A model generated the notes under the pieces. It saw nothing but the letters and a program-made list of their open reading frames with translations. It had not been told where the DNA came from and searched no databases. Below are positions 54,201 to 63,955 of a stretch of DNA of 64,000 nt, one piece after another. Origin of the DNA: an uncultured Gammaproteobacteria bacterium (GTDB lineage: Bacteria > Patescibacteriota > Microgenomatia > Levybacterales > UBA12049). A program made the position numbers and the translations under genes. The stretch is from the NCBI GenBank assembly GCA_964408485.1, contig CAYOZJ010000005.1:13203-77202 (forward strand), in the 5' to 3' direction. Each line of letters starts with the position of its first letter. Position 1 is the first letter of the stretch.

Positions 54201-57200
54201 GCAGTAATGCATTTGATTTAGGATCCATAACCAATGCATGGAACAATTTGTACGTTAACAACATTATCTCAAGCGGTAATATCTCAGGATTCTGGCAAAG
54301 AAATTCTGGCGCACTTTCCCCTGCTAATATTACCGACGATCTTTTAGCAGGCGGTACAGCAACAAGTACAGCAAAGTTTGCAGTCTTAAATATGGCAGGA
54401 GGTACACCTGTTGCTTCTATTTCTTCAGGACTTTCTGGAACAGGACTATATCTCTCAGCAGATGGAAGTATCCAAACAGTAAGAAATCAAGGTCTAACAC
54501 TTGGTGGGGCAACAACGGGAAATATCATTCTCTCTCCACTTGGCGGAACAGGAACAGTAACAATAAATGGCCTTGGAACTGGCATTGTCCACAGTACAAC
54601 GGGGGTACTCTCAAGTAGTGCAGTAAATTTAGCAAATACAGATGTCACAGGAATTTTGCCTTTGGCAAATGGAGGAACAAATGCAAACCTTACCGCAGAT
54701 AATGGCGGCATAGTCTACTCAGATGCTTCTAAGTTGCAGATATTGGCTCATGCAGGCACAGTTGGACAATGTTTGGTAAGCGGCGGATCAGGAGCACCAA
54801 GCTGGACAAATTGTAGTAGTGCCTCGCAAAATTGGTGGAATGTAAATAATGGCGCACTCTTTCCTATCAATTCAACGCTTGATCTTCTCTTAGGTGGAGA
54901 CGGCGCAACAACATCTGCAAAATTTGCAGTACTCAATATGACTGGGAGTGGCACACCAACTGCATCAGTAAGTAGTGGTTTGAATGGAAATGCAACATAC
55001 ATTACAGCAGATGGAACACTTCAAACAACACGCAACCAAGGACTGACGATTGGAGGCGCAACAACAGGAAATATTACGCTTTCTCCTCTTAATGGTGGAA
55101 GTGTAAGTACAATCAATCTTAATGCCAGGACACTTGCAACCAACCAAACGACGGTCGATCTGCTTAACACAACGGCAACAAGTATTAACTTTGGAGGAGC
55201 AGCAACCTCTCTTTCTATTGGAAATTCAGGTGGAACAACAACAGTCAATGGTGCCTTAGCCGTAAATGGCAATACCAACTTAAATGGCAATACAACAATT
55301 GGCGACAACGCATCAGATACCATTGCATTTACTGCACATGTTAACTCCAGCATCCTTCCCAGCACTGATACAACCTATGACTTAGGAAGTGGTTCGCTTA
55401 GGTGGAATAATGTCTATGCTGGCAATCTCATTCTTCCTGTTACAGGCGGAATCGATGGCTATTGGACACTTGCCTCAAGTGTTCTATCACCAACAAATAC
55501 GTGGAATGATTTAGTAATAGGCGGAACGTCAACAAGCAGCGCTAAATTCCAAGTATTTTCCAATACAGGTAATGCTACAACGTCTGGTAATTTGACATTC
55601 AATGGCAATGGAACAATTCAGACAACGAATAATCAGCCACTTACTCTTGGTGGCAACAGTACAGGTAATATCATTCTTTCCCCAAATAACGCAGCAGGAT
55701 CGGTAACAGTTAATGGATTTATAAGCAGTAATCTTATTCCATCAAGAAATGATACGTATGACTTAGGCTCTGGGACAAATGAATGGAATAACTTGTATGT
55801 TAAAAACATTATCTCGACCGGTAATTTAGCAGGATTCTGGCAGAGAAATTCTGGCACACTCGCTCCCCTTAATATTAGTGATGATTTGCTCGCCGGTGGA
55901 ACAGCAACAAGTACAGCGCGATTTGCTGTGCTTAATATGTCTGGCCCTGGTACACCAACAGCATCTGTTAGCTCAGGACTTTCTGGCACTGGTATGTATT
56001 TTGATGCCAATGGAACAATCCAAACAGTCAGAAACCAAGGCTTGACTCTTGGTGGGGCGACAACGGGAAATATCACACTTTCACCTCTTAATGGAAGTGG
56101 AATAGTAACAGTGAATGGGACAAGTTTGCTGAGCTCTGGAACATCATTTAACTTGCTTACTGGCGCAACAACAATTTCCATCGGCGCAGGGTCCGGAACA
56201 ACAACAGTTAATAACGGCCTAACTGTTACCGGAACAAGCACATTAAATGGCAATGTCGTATTAGGCGCGAGCAGTAGTCAAACAATCGCAGCAAATGGTC
56301 AATTTACAACAAGTCTTATCCCAAATACTGACGCGTCATTTGATCTTGGATCTAGTCCATCCAATAGATGGAGAAACCTTTTCCTGTCTGGTAATTCAAC
56401 AGTTGGTGGCAATGAAACAGTTACCGGAACAGCAACAGTTGGTAATTTAGTTTTGGCATCAACTGCTAATTATGGCGGGTTCTGGCAGAGATTTAGCGGT
56501 GCACTCTCCCCTGTTTATTCAACAGATGATATTCTTGTAGGGTCAAATGCAACAACATCTGCAAAGTTTGCACTTTTAAACATCGCAAATGGCACACCTG
56601 TTGCTTCTATTTCATCAGGTTTTTCTGGAACAGGCATGTACTTTGATGCAACTGGGACTATTCAAACAGTGAGAAATGCAGTACTTACTCTTGGCGGCAA
56701 TACAACAGGTGGAGTAGTATTTGGCAGTAATGTTGCATCAAATATTCTGCCAAAGTTTACTAATACCTATGATTTGGGATCACTTGCTCTTCAGTGGAAT
56801 AATGGATATTTCAACAATATTTATGCAAATGGTCAGCCCATAACACAACTATTCCAAAGAAATTCTGGCGCACTTTCCCCTCTCAATATTACTGATGACT
56901 TACTCTTGGGTGGCACAGCAACAAGTACTGCTAGATTTGCATTTATTAATAACACTGGGACAGGCGCACCAACTGCTTCTATCTCAAGTAACTTCTCACT
57001 TGTTGTCCCAACAGGCGCAGCACCAGCAGAAACAATTAATGTCTTAAATGGTGGAAGTCTTAATATTCAACACTCAGCAGGTGGAGACACAGGACTCACA
57101 AGTTCACTCTTTATAGACAAAGCAGGACAAGTTGGTGTTGGGACAGCAAGTGTATCTCATCAGCTTGAAATTGCCGGAAGTTCAACGCAATTTAATTCAA

Positions 57201-60200
57201 CAGTCTATCTGAATCCTTCAACATTTGGATCTTCAAAACGAGCTGGTCTTAATCTTGATAATTGGCTCTTAGCACAAGATATTGGAGGAACAGGTGTAAA
57301 AGATTTTGTTATCTATGACACAGCAAGTGGCCAATCAAAATTCTACATAACTGCCAATGCAAATGGTGGAGCAGGCTTTGGTTTGCCTGTACTTGGCGCT
57401 GTCAATAGCCTTGGTAACTCAGAATTTGTCGTAAATCAACCAAATACCGCTGGAGACATACTAAGTGCATCAACATCTGGCACAACAAAATTTGTGATTA
57501 CCAATGATGGGACCGTTGGTATTGCAAATAATGTAACCGATGCAACTATTCTTAATAAATCTGCTCTTGATGTACGAAAAGATTCCTTTGGTAATGCACT
57601 AACACTCTTCAAACAGCTTTCCTCTGATACCAATGCAGATATTATTACTGCATCTAATTCTGCAGGACTTACGGAATACAGACTCACTAATGCAGGCGTT
57701 GAACAGGCAAGACAATTCCAGGATTTGGATAGCACTGCTTACTTCCTTGATCCTGCAGCATCTGGCAATTCTCTTATCATTGCAGGGACAGCTGGTATTG
57801 GAACAACCTCTCCCCTTGCATCCAGTGGCTTAGATATAGAGAAAAATGCATTAGGCAATGCAGCAGAAGTGGTTAATCAATTAGGTAATGGCGATATCTT
57901 TACTGCTTCTGCATCTGGAGTTAAGAAGTTTACTATTCAAAATGATGGAACACTGGTTGCTGGAAAATACACAACAAACAAAGGCATACTATATATTAAT
58001 GATACAGCTGGAACAATTGCCGAGACAGGACAAGGCGCAGCAAATACTGTACTTCATGGAAATGGCACATCTGCTCCATCATTTAGCGCTGTTGACTTGG
58101 CAGCAGATGTTACAGGCATTCTTCCACTCGCAAATGGAGGAACAAATAATAATATTACTGCAGATAATGGTGGTATAGTCTACTCAGATGCAACCAAACT
58201 CCGACTATTAGCTTCTACGGTAACTGCAGGCCAATGCCTTTTGTCCGGATCAAGCAGCGCGCCAACATGGGGAAGTTGCGGAAGTGGAACAGGCGTAAAT
58301 TGGTGGACAATGAGCAACGGCGCACTCTTCCCTCTTAATAACACCCTTGATTTGTTTGTTGGCGGCAGCGCTACAACATCTGCAAAATTTGCAGTGCTCA
58401 ATATGACTGGGAGTGGCACACCAACAGCATCTGTAAGCTCAGGACTTTCTGGCAATGCAACATATATTACCGCAGACGGATCTTTACAGACAGCACGAGC
58501 AGCAACATTGACCTTGGGCGGAACCACCACCGGCAATATTGTATTAAAACCACAAAATGGTGGAGGCTCTATAACGATCGATGGCCCAACACTTGATACA
58601 ACAAATACAACCTTTAATGCATTTACCACTGCTTCAACGCTTGGTATTGGCGCTGCATCCGGGACAACAACAATAAATAATGGCCTTACTGTAGCTGGCA
58701 ATATTAGTGATAATGGTGGAACATTCACAACAAATCAGACAACATTCAACTTGCTCAATACAACAGCAACAACAATTAATTTTGGTGGCGCTGCAACTGT
58801 TGCACTCAATGTTGGTGCAGCAACAACACCAATTAATCTAAAAGGTAACGTTACACTTGGTACTGATGCAACAAACACTATTACATCAAATGGTTTATAT
58901 GCATCTGATCTTATTCCAACAGGCAATGGATCAATCAACTTGGGATCAGCAACACATTACTATGGCACAGTCTATGCAAATAATTTTATTGCGCCAGTAA
59001 GTGGCGGTGTATCCGGCTTCTGGCAATTAACAAATAGTGTTATCTCCCCTGTTAATGCATGGAATGATTTGGCAATCGGTGGCAATGCAACGGGAAGCGC
59101 AACACCATGGCAAGTATTTGCAACAACTGTTGGCGTTAATACTGCAGGCACAGCAACATCTTCTGGAAATCTTTCATTCAGAGGAACAAATACCAATATT
59201 AACTTGCTTAATGGTAGTATCCTAAGTGTCAAAACATCCATTGGTGGAGACGCAGGACTCGGTACAGTCCTTACCATAGCCAACAATGGCAACCTAACTG
59301 CAACAGGAACATTAAATCTTAACAGTGGAATTCTGGCAACAAATCAAACAACAGCAAGTCTCTTTGATGCAACAGCAACAAGTATTAATATTGGCTCCGG
59401 TGCAACATCAGGTATCGGTATTGGCAATGCAAGTGGAATCAATACAATTAGGGGAAATGTTGTCTTGAATAGCACATCAGGAAATACCCTAACGATTAAT
59501 GGCCGTGTAAATACAGATATCATTCCTGATGTAACTAACTCTCATGATTTGGGCTCTAACGACCTTAAATGGAGAAACATTTTCGCAGGAAGCGCAGTAA
59601 CAACAAATAATCTTTATCTTCCTGTTAGTGGCGGCACTGATGGCTACTGGTCCTTAGCCAGTAATGTGCTATCTCCAACAAATAATTGGAATGACTTGGC
59701 AATAGGAGGAACAGCAACAAGTACTGCTAAATTCCAAGTATTTAGTAACACAGGGAATGCAACAACAGCTGGAAATCTTACTTTTAACGGCAACGGAGTA
59801 ATTCAGACAACCAATAATTTACCATTTACTCTCGGTGGAAATTCTACAGGAACAATTACCCTTGCTCCATCTAATGGTGGCGCAGGCAGTATTCTTAACC
59901 TCAACGCAGCAAATATTAATACTAATCAAACAAGTGTTAATTTACTTAACACAACAGCAACAACAATTAATTTAGGTAACGCCGCAACAACATTAAATCT
60001 TGCTAATAATGCCCTCACAACAACAATTGGTATCGGCGGATCTGGTGGAACAACAACAGTCAATAACGCTCTAACGGTAACTGGTGCAACTACACTAAAT
60101 GGTACGATCAACTTAGGCAATGCAACAAGTGATGACATAACAGCAACAGGATTTTTTGCAAGCTCACTCATTCCAAAAGCAGCAGATACCTATAACCTTG

Positions 60201-63200
60201 GCTCTGTGGCCAATGAATGGGACACACTGTATATCAGACAAATAGTTACTCCATCATCTGGAGGCTTGGCTGGCTTCTGGCAATTATCTAACAAGGGTGT
60301 TTTGGCTCCTGCGAATATTGGTAACGATGTCTTAATTGGCGGCGGCATTGCAACACCATCTGCAGCAACAGATACTGGATTCCAGATTTTTGGAAGTGGA
60401 CCAAACCAAGCAACAGCAACAACATCAGGCAATCTGGCTTTCTATGGCTCAGCACCCACAATCAGCACACAAAGAATGGTTCCATTGACTATTGGCAATG
60501 CAACAACCGGCCCGATTCAACTGTCTCCAAAAGGAACAACAGGCCTGTATGTTGCAGGAACAGGTAATGTTGGGATTGGCACAACTACACCTGGATTTAA
60601 TTTAGAAATTGCTGGTATAACAACACAGTATGGAGCAGCACTGCACATTGATCCGTCAACCTTTGGCTCATCGAAACGAGCTCAACTTGAATTAGACAAC
60701 TGGCAAGTCGCTCAAGACCTCAGTGGAAATGGAACAAAAGACTTTTTCCTTTACGACACTGTTAACGCAGCTACTCGCTTTTACATAAACACCATAGGAG
60801 GTACTGGCATTGGTGCAACAAGTAATCTCGGTAATGCAACACTTATCGTTAATCAAAATAACACGTCTGGTCTTGGGGACATTATCACAGCCTCAGCATC
60901 AGGCACAACACAATTCAAGCTCACCAATGCAGGTATTGTTCAAGCAAAGTCATTCCAGGATTTAGATGATACAAGATACTTTATTGATCCTGCATCATCA
61001 GGTACAGCACTTAGCTTAAACGGTACAGCATCTATGGCGGCTGATCTTACCTTCACTGGTGCTAGTACAACGCATAATATTTATACCTTTAATAATGGCA
61101 ATCTTGATTTCCAAATGAGTCCTGGAGGTGCTATCCCAACGACAGGGGTTGTCCACTCTTTATATCTGCAGGCAGCAACTGGGAATGTAGGTATTGCTAC
61201 AACTTCACCATCAGACACATTAGATATTGCAGGAAATGCCACTGCATCTGGAAATCTTTCTTTCAGAGGAAATGCAACAACACATAATTTAAATCTTCTT
61301 AATAATGGTCAGCTTAATATTAATACGTCTGTTGGAGGCATAGCGACACTTAATACCGCCCTTACTATTGCGGCGGGAAATAATACAACTGCTGGTAATA
61401 TAGGTATAAATAATGTAAGTCCATCGCGCCAGCTTGATGCTTCGGGCTCGTGGGGTGGGAATGTAACAAGCACGCAAGATACAACAGCCTCCAATCATAC
61501 TGATACAGTATCATCGAGTTCTCTTGTATACTTTGTTAATTATACGCTCTCCAGCCCTGGAGGATCTTTCACAACCACCTTTAATATTACTGGTCTACCT
61601 CAAGTTGAAGGCTCATTTTTCATGGTCCGGGTAAGAGCAAATACGAATAATACACAGACCGCAACAGCCTCACTCCAAGCAAATGGGCAAAGCTTAGGAA
61701 GTGCCACAGGAAGCAATGGAGCTAGTAACAAAGATGGCCTTTATGCATATATAGGATCGCAGTGGAATCTTATTGCTAGCAATGACAGCAATAATCAGAA
61801 TGTTGACTTGGCTGAACTTTTCCCATATGGTGCAAAACGCCCAATCCCTGGAGAACTTTTAGCGAGTAATGTACAAAATCATCAAGTACAGTTAGACAGA
61901 ACAGGAAAAGAATATGATCAGAAAGCAATGGGAATTGTCACAACAAATCCAAATATTCTCTTTGGCAAAGATTCAAGTGAAGCAGGCATTCAAAATGATA
62001 ATACATTCCCAATTGATGGAAAAATAGGCTTAGCTCTTGCAGGACGTGTACCAACAATTGTCACCAATCTTGATGGACCTATCGACCAGGGAGATTCTAT
62101 TACCACTTCACCACTTGCAGGCGTTGGCATGAAACCCAACAAAGCAACGCAAACTGTTGGAAAAACACTTGATTCGTTTAATCCTTTAGATGGGAGCACG
62201 GTATGTACATCAGTCGCAAGCTACGACAGCATTCCTTGGCCAAATGACAATGGGACAAATGCTGCTCATCCTTGCTTTAGTGTTCCTGTTGCATCATTCG
62301 ATCAAGCAACGCAACAAATCTTAAATAGTGAATATCATCTTAATCAAACAGACTCAGTATATGTTGGTAAAGTTATGGTTTTGGTAGGCAATGGCTTTGT
62401 GGATCCAGACGTATACCTTACAACAACTGGTGACATACACTTTACCGATGCATCAGCATCTGCTAACTTCACCGTACCACACTACTATAGTGTTGCAGAT
62501 GCAGTAGGACTTCCTATTACCAGAATGGGAAGATTTCTAGAACTTGCAGTGGGTAATCTACGAGCAGGTAGTATCCAAACCCAACAACTCTTTACTAATT
62601 CTCTTGCTATCGCAACAAGCAATGTGACTATTGCCGGAGTAAGTCTCCATGATTATATACAAAATATTGTTACAGAAGTGTTGCAAAACAATCAACAAAC
62701 AGTGAATAGTCCAATAGCCTCAGTTGATCAACTTCATGCTGGTGTTATATCACCTCTTGGCACAGACAATAGTATTGCACTAAGCATAAATAACTCTAGG
62801 TTAGAAGTGAAAAATGGCGCATCTGGGTCTGCTGTGGCTACAATAGACAATCAAGGAAATGCGTCATTTAGTGGCACATTAAATTCACAAAATCTTGCAG
62901 TAAATGCAGATGCAACAATCTCTGGAACACTTCATGCAGGAAAAATCGTGGCTGATGATATCGTAGGACTCAGAGCAGCTGTGGGTACATTATCTGCTCA
63001 AAACATAACGAATGTAACCAACATTTACTTCGCTACACCAAGCGCAGCACCTACTGGGGTAAATTTTGCTACAGGACCTAGTGGTAATAGCAGTACGAAT
63101 TCTGGAGTGCTAACCCCGATTCAATCGGGGCTAAATCCATACATCGGTTATACCAATTTAGCCTCATATTCTGGCTTCTTGGCATATGTACCAAATCTTT

Positions 63201-63910
63201 CTGCAGACACTGCAATGTTTAATCAAGGCCTTGTGTCCTTGGGTACAACAAGTCTTGGAGACACAACAGTAACAGGACAACTCTCTATTGGAACAAATCT
63301 GATCCTCGCGGATAGTAGTGTTAATGTCCTTGGGTCATCATTTGAAATCCAGTCACTGAGACAAGGTGGAGTAAATTTTGAAGGAGGACTTATTGCAATC
63401 GATACTGACGGCAATTTAATGGTTAACGGCAATGCAGTATTTAGTAAAAACTTGGCAGCAAATGTTATCTCGCCACTAAGCAATGATCGCAACCTAACTA
63501 TTAAATTGGGAGAGAATTCTCAAGACTCAGCCTTAGCAACCTCAAATCTTGCAGTACAAAATGCATCTGGATCTGGAGTATTTAGTATTGATCAATTGGG
63601 CAATATCTTAGCAAGCGGTGCAGCAACTATCGGTAAACTTAACCTGACTGCTGCACAGCCTGCTTTGGCAGTAAGTAATACCGAACAAATTGCAACTGGA
63701 TCAGCTGGAACAGCTGCTATTAAGGCAAATCATACAGAAATAACAATCGATAACAAACTAGTAACTAATAGATCACTTATCTATATTACTCCTGTTGGTG
63801 CAAGCTCAGTACCATACCTACTGCGACAGGTAACAAATACTTCATTTACTGTGGGGATCCCTACATCACAATTTACCGATACCACATTTAACTGGCTCAT
63901 CGTTAATTAA
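48215..63910 (+). CDS. Giant (5231 aa) protein: two integrase SAM-like domains, TM, tail-fibre-like repeat ectodomain, G2/S74-like chaperone domain
   Basis: TVKNY..DVK.F..W ... S..S..R..SSLRKF twice; TM aa ~376-398; LSFQGRLTD domain; about 17 W...G.L.P.N..DDL.IGG repeats; DLAE..P...GIV.T.P...LAGRVP..V...GD.IT.S...G.GMK. Confidence 0.85.
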   Translation: MEYLQKFRIYLLSLTPAPSAVTVKNYCLDVKHFISWSEQKNHAPFDPSKVTQDEIEKFRQDENGHLSARSLDRHVSSLRKFFHSLKLQGVLSTSPFENTVSTQLPTDPYKLKQFKDFLYVYNASNLTIKNYIIDVKQFFKWAEEKIQAQTDQESEEITPLSYLSNDLLATYRDELFSGNVFSASSINRKLSSLRKYIGWAKSQNFLENELDSRNNPNEVANIASAHTSSVLEVNQNKAESEKRKELETKKEANGKNLDALPLTLNAGYSPFPPLRLAQKISKGFNYGLDVAIIAPLAKLVLQGTKVLWTLQGKPLFVAAKKSLRLASPVKNISKFAVQAGEVSTANFSWYQKIWHHAQNTRPNWYRRYHQLPVAHYFNWAILMIVMTIIGVGFYNSFIAKPQNSKPLLAAAQPNRILSFQGRLTDSSNNPITTSSNLRFAIYTDATSTGSAQLWQELDNVTPDANGVFSVLLGKNSSIQQSLFANNANLYLGITVEQTPELTPRQQLATVAYATNAETLQGLPPITQSGAGTSNVVLALNSSGNLSIGAASTFQTVGGAFTLAGDTLVLNTNPGTNGNITITPDGLGFIDLQKPLVNTTQNNNIPSASGSVEIDDTLAILATSDAVPAQTINQDGAGALFTASAGGISKFTIGNSGTITASNYNTAGGVFYADGTGLFLQTTAGAIGQCLTSNGSSGPSWTACSGGSANNFWTITNGALYPVNTTLDVLFGGTASNGANFAFINNAPGSGTPTASVSGNITLNSAGLIQTTNNQQLTIGGDTTGNIVLKPLNGAGTVTLSGYATGIIHSTSGVLSSSAVDLASGDVTGVLPLANGGTNNSLVADNGGIVYSDATRLQVLAHAGSAGLCLTSGGAGAPSWASCSGSNSNFWNVNNGVIYPSNSTLDFILGGDGATTSAKFAVLNMTGSGTPVASVSSGLNGNATYIAADGTLQTTRNHALTIGGSTTGNIILSPLNSLGYVQLNGTVNSNLVPTITDTYNLGSPSNEWNNLYVKNLVVSGSIAGFWQRNSGVLSPTNITDDLAIGGIATNTARFQVFANTGNATTAGNLTFTGNGSQIQTTSNQTLTLGGNTTGGIVLSPSNGTGTIGLNASNITTNQTTVNLLNTTATTVNFAGAATTVSIGNSGGSTTINGGLVVNADTQLLGNTTLGDSSSDTIAFIGQVNTNILPSTTNARDLGSLAQQWNNIYGNHIFSNGVELSQFFQRNFGVISPLNITDDLAVGGTATNTAKFQVSGLTGNATTTGTLTFDGTGNLIQTTKFQDLTIGGTTTGNITLSPKNGTGTVTIAGLSSGVVHSTGGILSSSNVNLTSEVTGILPIANGGTNTNTIGSAGSIAYSTGTAYAFNSVGSTGQCLVSNGSGAPNWTSCTTAAGATNYWTLDGGNGILYPVNTTLDVLFGGTSSNSANFAFLNNAPGSGTPTASISGNLTLNSAGNIQTTNNQPLTIGGNTTGSVTLAPSNGNGTLNLNATNINTNQTSVNLLNTTATTINFGGAATSINIGNAGGSATFNGGLVVNADTTLNGNTTLGDSSSDRVTFNGLVNSNIIPSANNTYDLGSITNAWNNIFVNNIISSGNISGLWQRFLGVLSPVNIGDDLAIGGTATGTAKFQVFGNTGNATTAGNLTFNGNGVIQATNNQPLTIGGDTTGSITVAPNNGTGTVNLNATNINTNQTSVNLLNSTTTAINFGGAATALSIGAGSGTTTVNNGLTVTGTSTLNGNVVLGANSTKTITANGQFNSSLIPSVTDTYDLGSIALEWNNLYVKNIIAGGNVSGFWQRFLGVISPTNITDDLAIGGTATNTARFQVFGNTGNATTTGTLTFDGTGSLIQTTRNQGLTIGGDTTGNITIKPLNGTGTVTIAGLGTGVVHSTNGLLSSSAVNLANGSADITGTLSTSNGGTGQNSYAGGDLLYYASGTSLSKLTIGGANTILTSTGTAPQWSSSLTLGGNLNVNGNTTLGDTAGDTITFNGQVNSNIIPTSSNAFDLGSITNAWNNLYVNNIISSGNISGFWQRNSGALSPANITDDLLAGGTATSTAKFAVLNMAGGTPVASISSGLSGTGLYLSADGSIQTVRNQGLTLGGATTGNIILSPLGGTGTVTINGLGTGIVHSTTGVLSSSAVNLANTDVTGILPLANGGTNANLTADNGGIVYSDASKLQILAHAGTVGQCLVSGGSGAPSWTNCSSASQNWWNVNNGALFPINSTLDLLLGGDGATTSAKFAVLNMTGSGTPTASVSSGLNGNATYITADGTLQTTRNQGLTIGGATTGNITLSPLNGGSVSTINLNARTLATNQTTVDLLNTTATSINFGGAATSLSIGNSGGTTTVNGALAVNGNTNLNGNTTIGDNASDTIAFTAHVNSSILPSTDTTYDLGSGSLRWNNVYAGNLILPVTGGIDGYWTLASSVLSPTNTWNDLVIGGTSTSSAKFQVFSNTGNATTSGNLTFNGNGTIQTTNNQPLTLGGNSTGNIILSPNNAAGSVTVNGFISSNLIPSRNDTYDLGSGTNEWNNLYVKNIISTGNLAGFWQRNSGTLAPLNISDDLLAGGTATSTARFAVLNMSGPGTPTASVSSGLSGTGMYFDANGTIQTVRNQGLTLGGATTGNITLSPLNGSGIVTVNGTSLLSSGTSFNLLTGATTISIGAGSGTTTVNNGLTVTGTSTLNGNVVLGASSSQTIAANGQFTTSLIPNTDASFDLGSSPSNRWRNLFLSGNSTVGGNETVTGTATVGNLVLASTANYGGFWQRFSGALSPVYSTDDILVGSNATTSAKFALLNIANGTPVASISSGFSGTGMYFDATGTIQTVRNAVLTLGGNTTGGVVFGSNVASNILPKFTNTYDLGSLALQWNNGYFNNIYANGQPITQLFQRNSGALSPLNITDDLLLGGTATSTARFAFINNTGTGAPTASISSNFSLVVPTGAAPAETINVLNGGSLNIQHSAGGDTGLTSSLFIDKAGQVGVGTASVSHQLEIAGSSTQFNSTVYLNPSTFGSSKRAGLNLDNWLLAQDIGGTGVKDFVIYDTASGQSKFYITANANGGAGFGLPVLGAVNSLGNSEFVVNQPNTAGDILSASTSGTTKFVITNDGTVGIANNVTDATILNKSALDVRKDSFGNALTLFKQLSSDTNADIITASNSAGLTEYRLTNAGVEQARQFQDLDSTAYFLDPAASGNSLIIAGTAGIGTTSPLASSGLDIEKNALGNAAEVVNQLGNGDIFTASASGVKKFTIQNDGTLVAGKYTTNKGILYINDTAGTIAETGQGAANTVLHGNGTSAPSFSAVDLAADVTGILPLANGGTNNNITADNGGIVYSDATKLRLLASTVTAGQCLLSGSSSAPTWGSCGSGTGVNWWTMSNGALFPLNNTLDLFVGGSATTSAKFAVLNMTGSGTPTASVSSGLSGNATYITADGSLQTARAATLTLGGTTTGNIVLKPQNGGGSITIDGPTLDTTNTTFNAFTTASTLGIGAASGTTTINNGLTVAGNISDNGGTFTTNQTTFNLLNTTATTINFGGAATVALNVGAATTPINLKGNVTLGTDATNTITSNGLYASDLIPTGNGSINLGSATHYYGTVYANNFIAPVSGGVSGFWQLTNSVISPVNAWNDLAIGGNATGSATPWQVFATTVGVNTAGTATSSGNLSFRGTNTNINLLNGSILSVKTSIGGDAGLGTVLTIANNGNLTATGTLNLNSGILATNQTTASLFDATATSINIGSGATSGIGIGNASGINTIRGNVVLNSTSGNTLTINGRVNTDIIPDVTNSHDLGSNDLKWRNIFAGSAVTTNNLYLPVSGGTDGYWSLASNVLSPTNNWNDLAIGGTATSTAKFQVFSNTGNATTAGNLTFNGNGVIQTTNNLPFTLGGNSTGTITLAPSNGGAGSILNLNAANINTNQTSVNLLNTTATTINLGNAATTLNLANNALTTTIGIGGSGGTTTVNNALTVTGATTLNGTINLGNATSDDITATGFFASSLIPKAADTYNLGSVANEWDTLYIRQIVTPSSGGLAGFWQLSNKGVLAPANIGNDVLIGGGIATPSAATDTGFQIFGSGPNQATATTSGNLAFYGSAPTISTQRMVPLTIGNATTGPIQLSPKGTTGLYVAGTGNVGIGTTTPGFNLEIAGITTQYGAALHIDPSTFGSSKRAQLELDNWQVAQDLSGNGTKDFFLYDTVNAATRFYINTIGGTGIGATSNLGNATLIVNQNNTSGLGDIITASASGTTQFKLTNAGIVQAKSFQDLDDTRYFIDPASSGTALSLNGTASMAADLTFTGASTTHNIYTFNNGNLDFQMSPGGAIPTTGVVHSLYLQAATGNVGIATTSPSDTLDIAGNATASGNLSFRGNATTHNLNLLNNGQLNINTSVGGIATLNTALTIAAGNNTTAGNIGINNVSPSRQLDASGSWGGNVTSTQDTTASNHTDTVSSSSLVYFVNYTLSSPGGSFTTTFNITGLPQVEGSFFMVRVRANTNNTQTATASLQANGQSLGSATGSNGASNKDGLYAYIGSQWNLIASNDSNNQNVDLAELFPYGAKRPIPGELLASNVQNHQVQLDRTGKEYDQKAMGIVTTNPNILFGKDSSEAGIQNDNTFPIDGKIGLALAGRVPTIVTNLDGPIDQGDSITTSPLAGVGMKPNKATQTVGKTLDSFNPLDGSTVCTSVASYDSIPWPNDNGTNAAHPCFSVPVASFDQATQQILNSEYHLNQTDSVYVGKVMVLVGNGFVDPDVYLTTTGDIHFTDASASANFTVPHYYSVADAVGLPITRMGRFLELAVGNLRAGSIQTQQLFTNSLAIATSNVTIAGVSLHDYIQNIVTEVLQNNQQTVNSPIASVDQLHAGVISPLGTDNSIALSINNSRLEVKNGASGSAVATIDNQGNASFSGTLNSQNLAVNADATISGTLHAGKIVADDIVGLRAAVGTLSAQNITNVTNIYFATPSAAPTGVNFATGPSGNSSTNSGVLTPIQSGLNPYIGYTNLASYSGFLAYVPNLSADTAMFNQGLVSLGTTSLGDTTVTGQLSIGTNLILADSSVNVLGSSFEIQSLRQGGVNFEGGLIAIDTDGNLMVNGNAVFSKNLAANVISPLSNDRNLTIKLGENSQDSALATSNLAVQNASGSGVFSIDQLGNILASGAATIGKLNLTAAQPALAVSNTEQIATGSAGTAAIKANHTEITIDNKLVTNRSLIYITPVGASSVPYLLRQVTNTSFTVGIPTSQFTDTTFNWLIVN

Positions 63911-63955
63911 CGATTGTTAGTCATATTGGTATCTTGCTAGAATAGAGTGAAACAT

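Noticed and set aside
50224-63492. Many 60-200-aa minus-strand ORFs within the giant gene
   Set aside because: Antisense shadows of Thr/Gly/Asn codon repeats (V/P/L-rich), with no independent signals.
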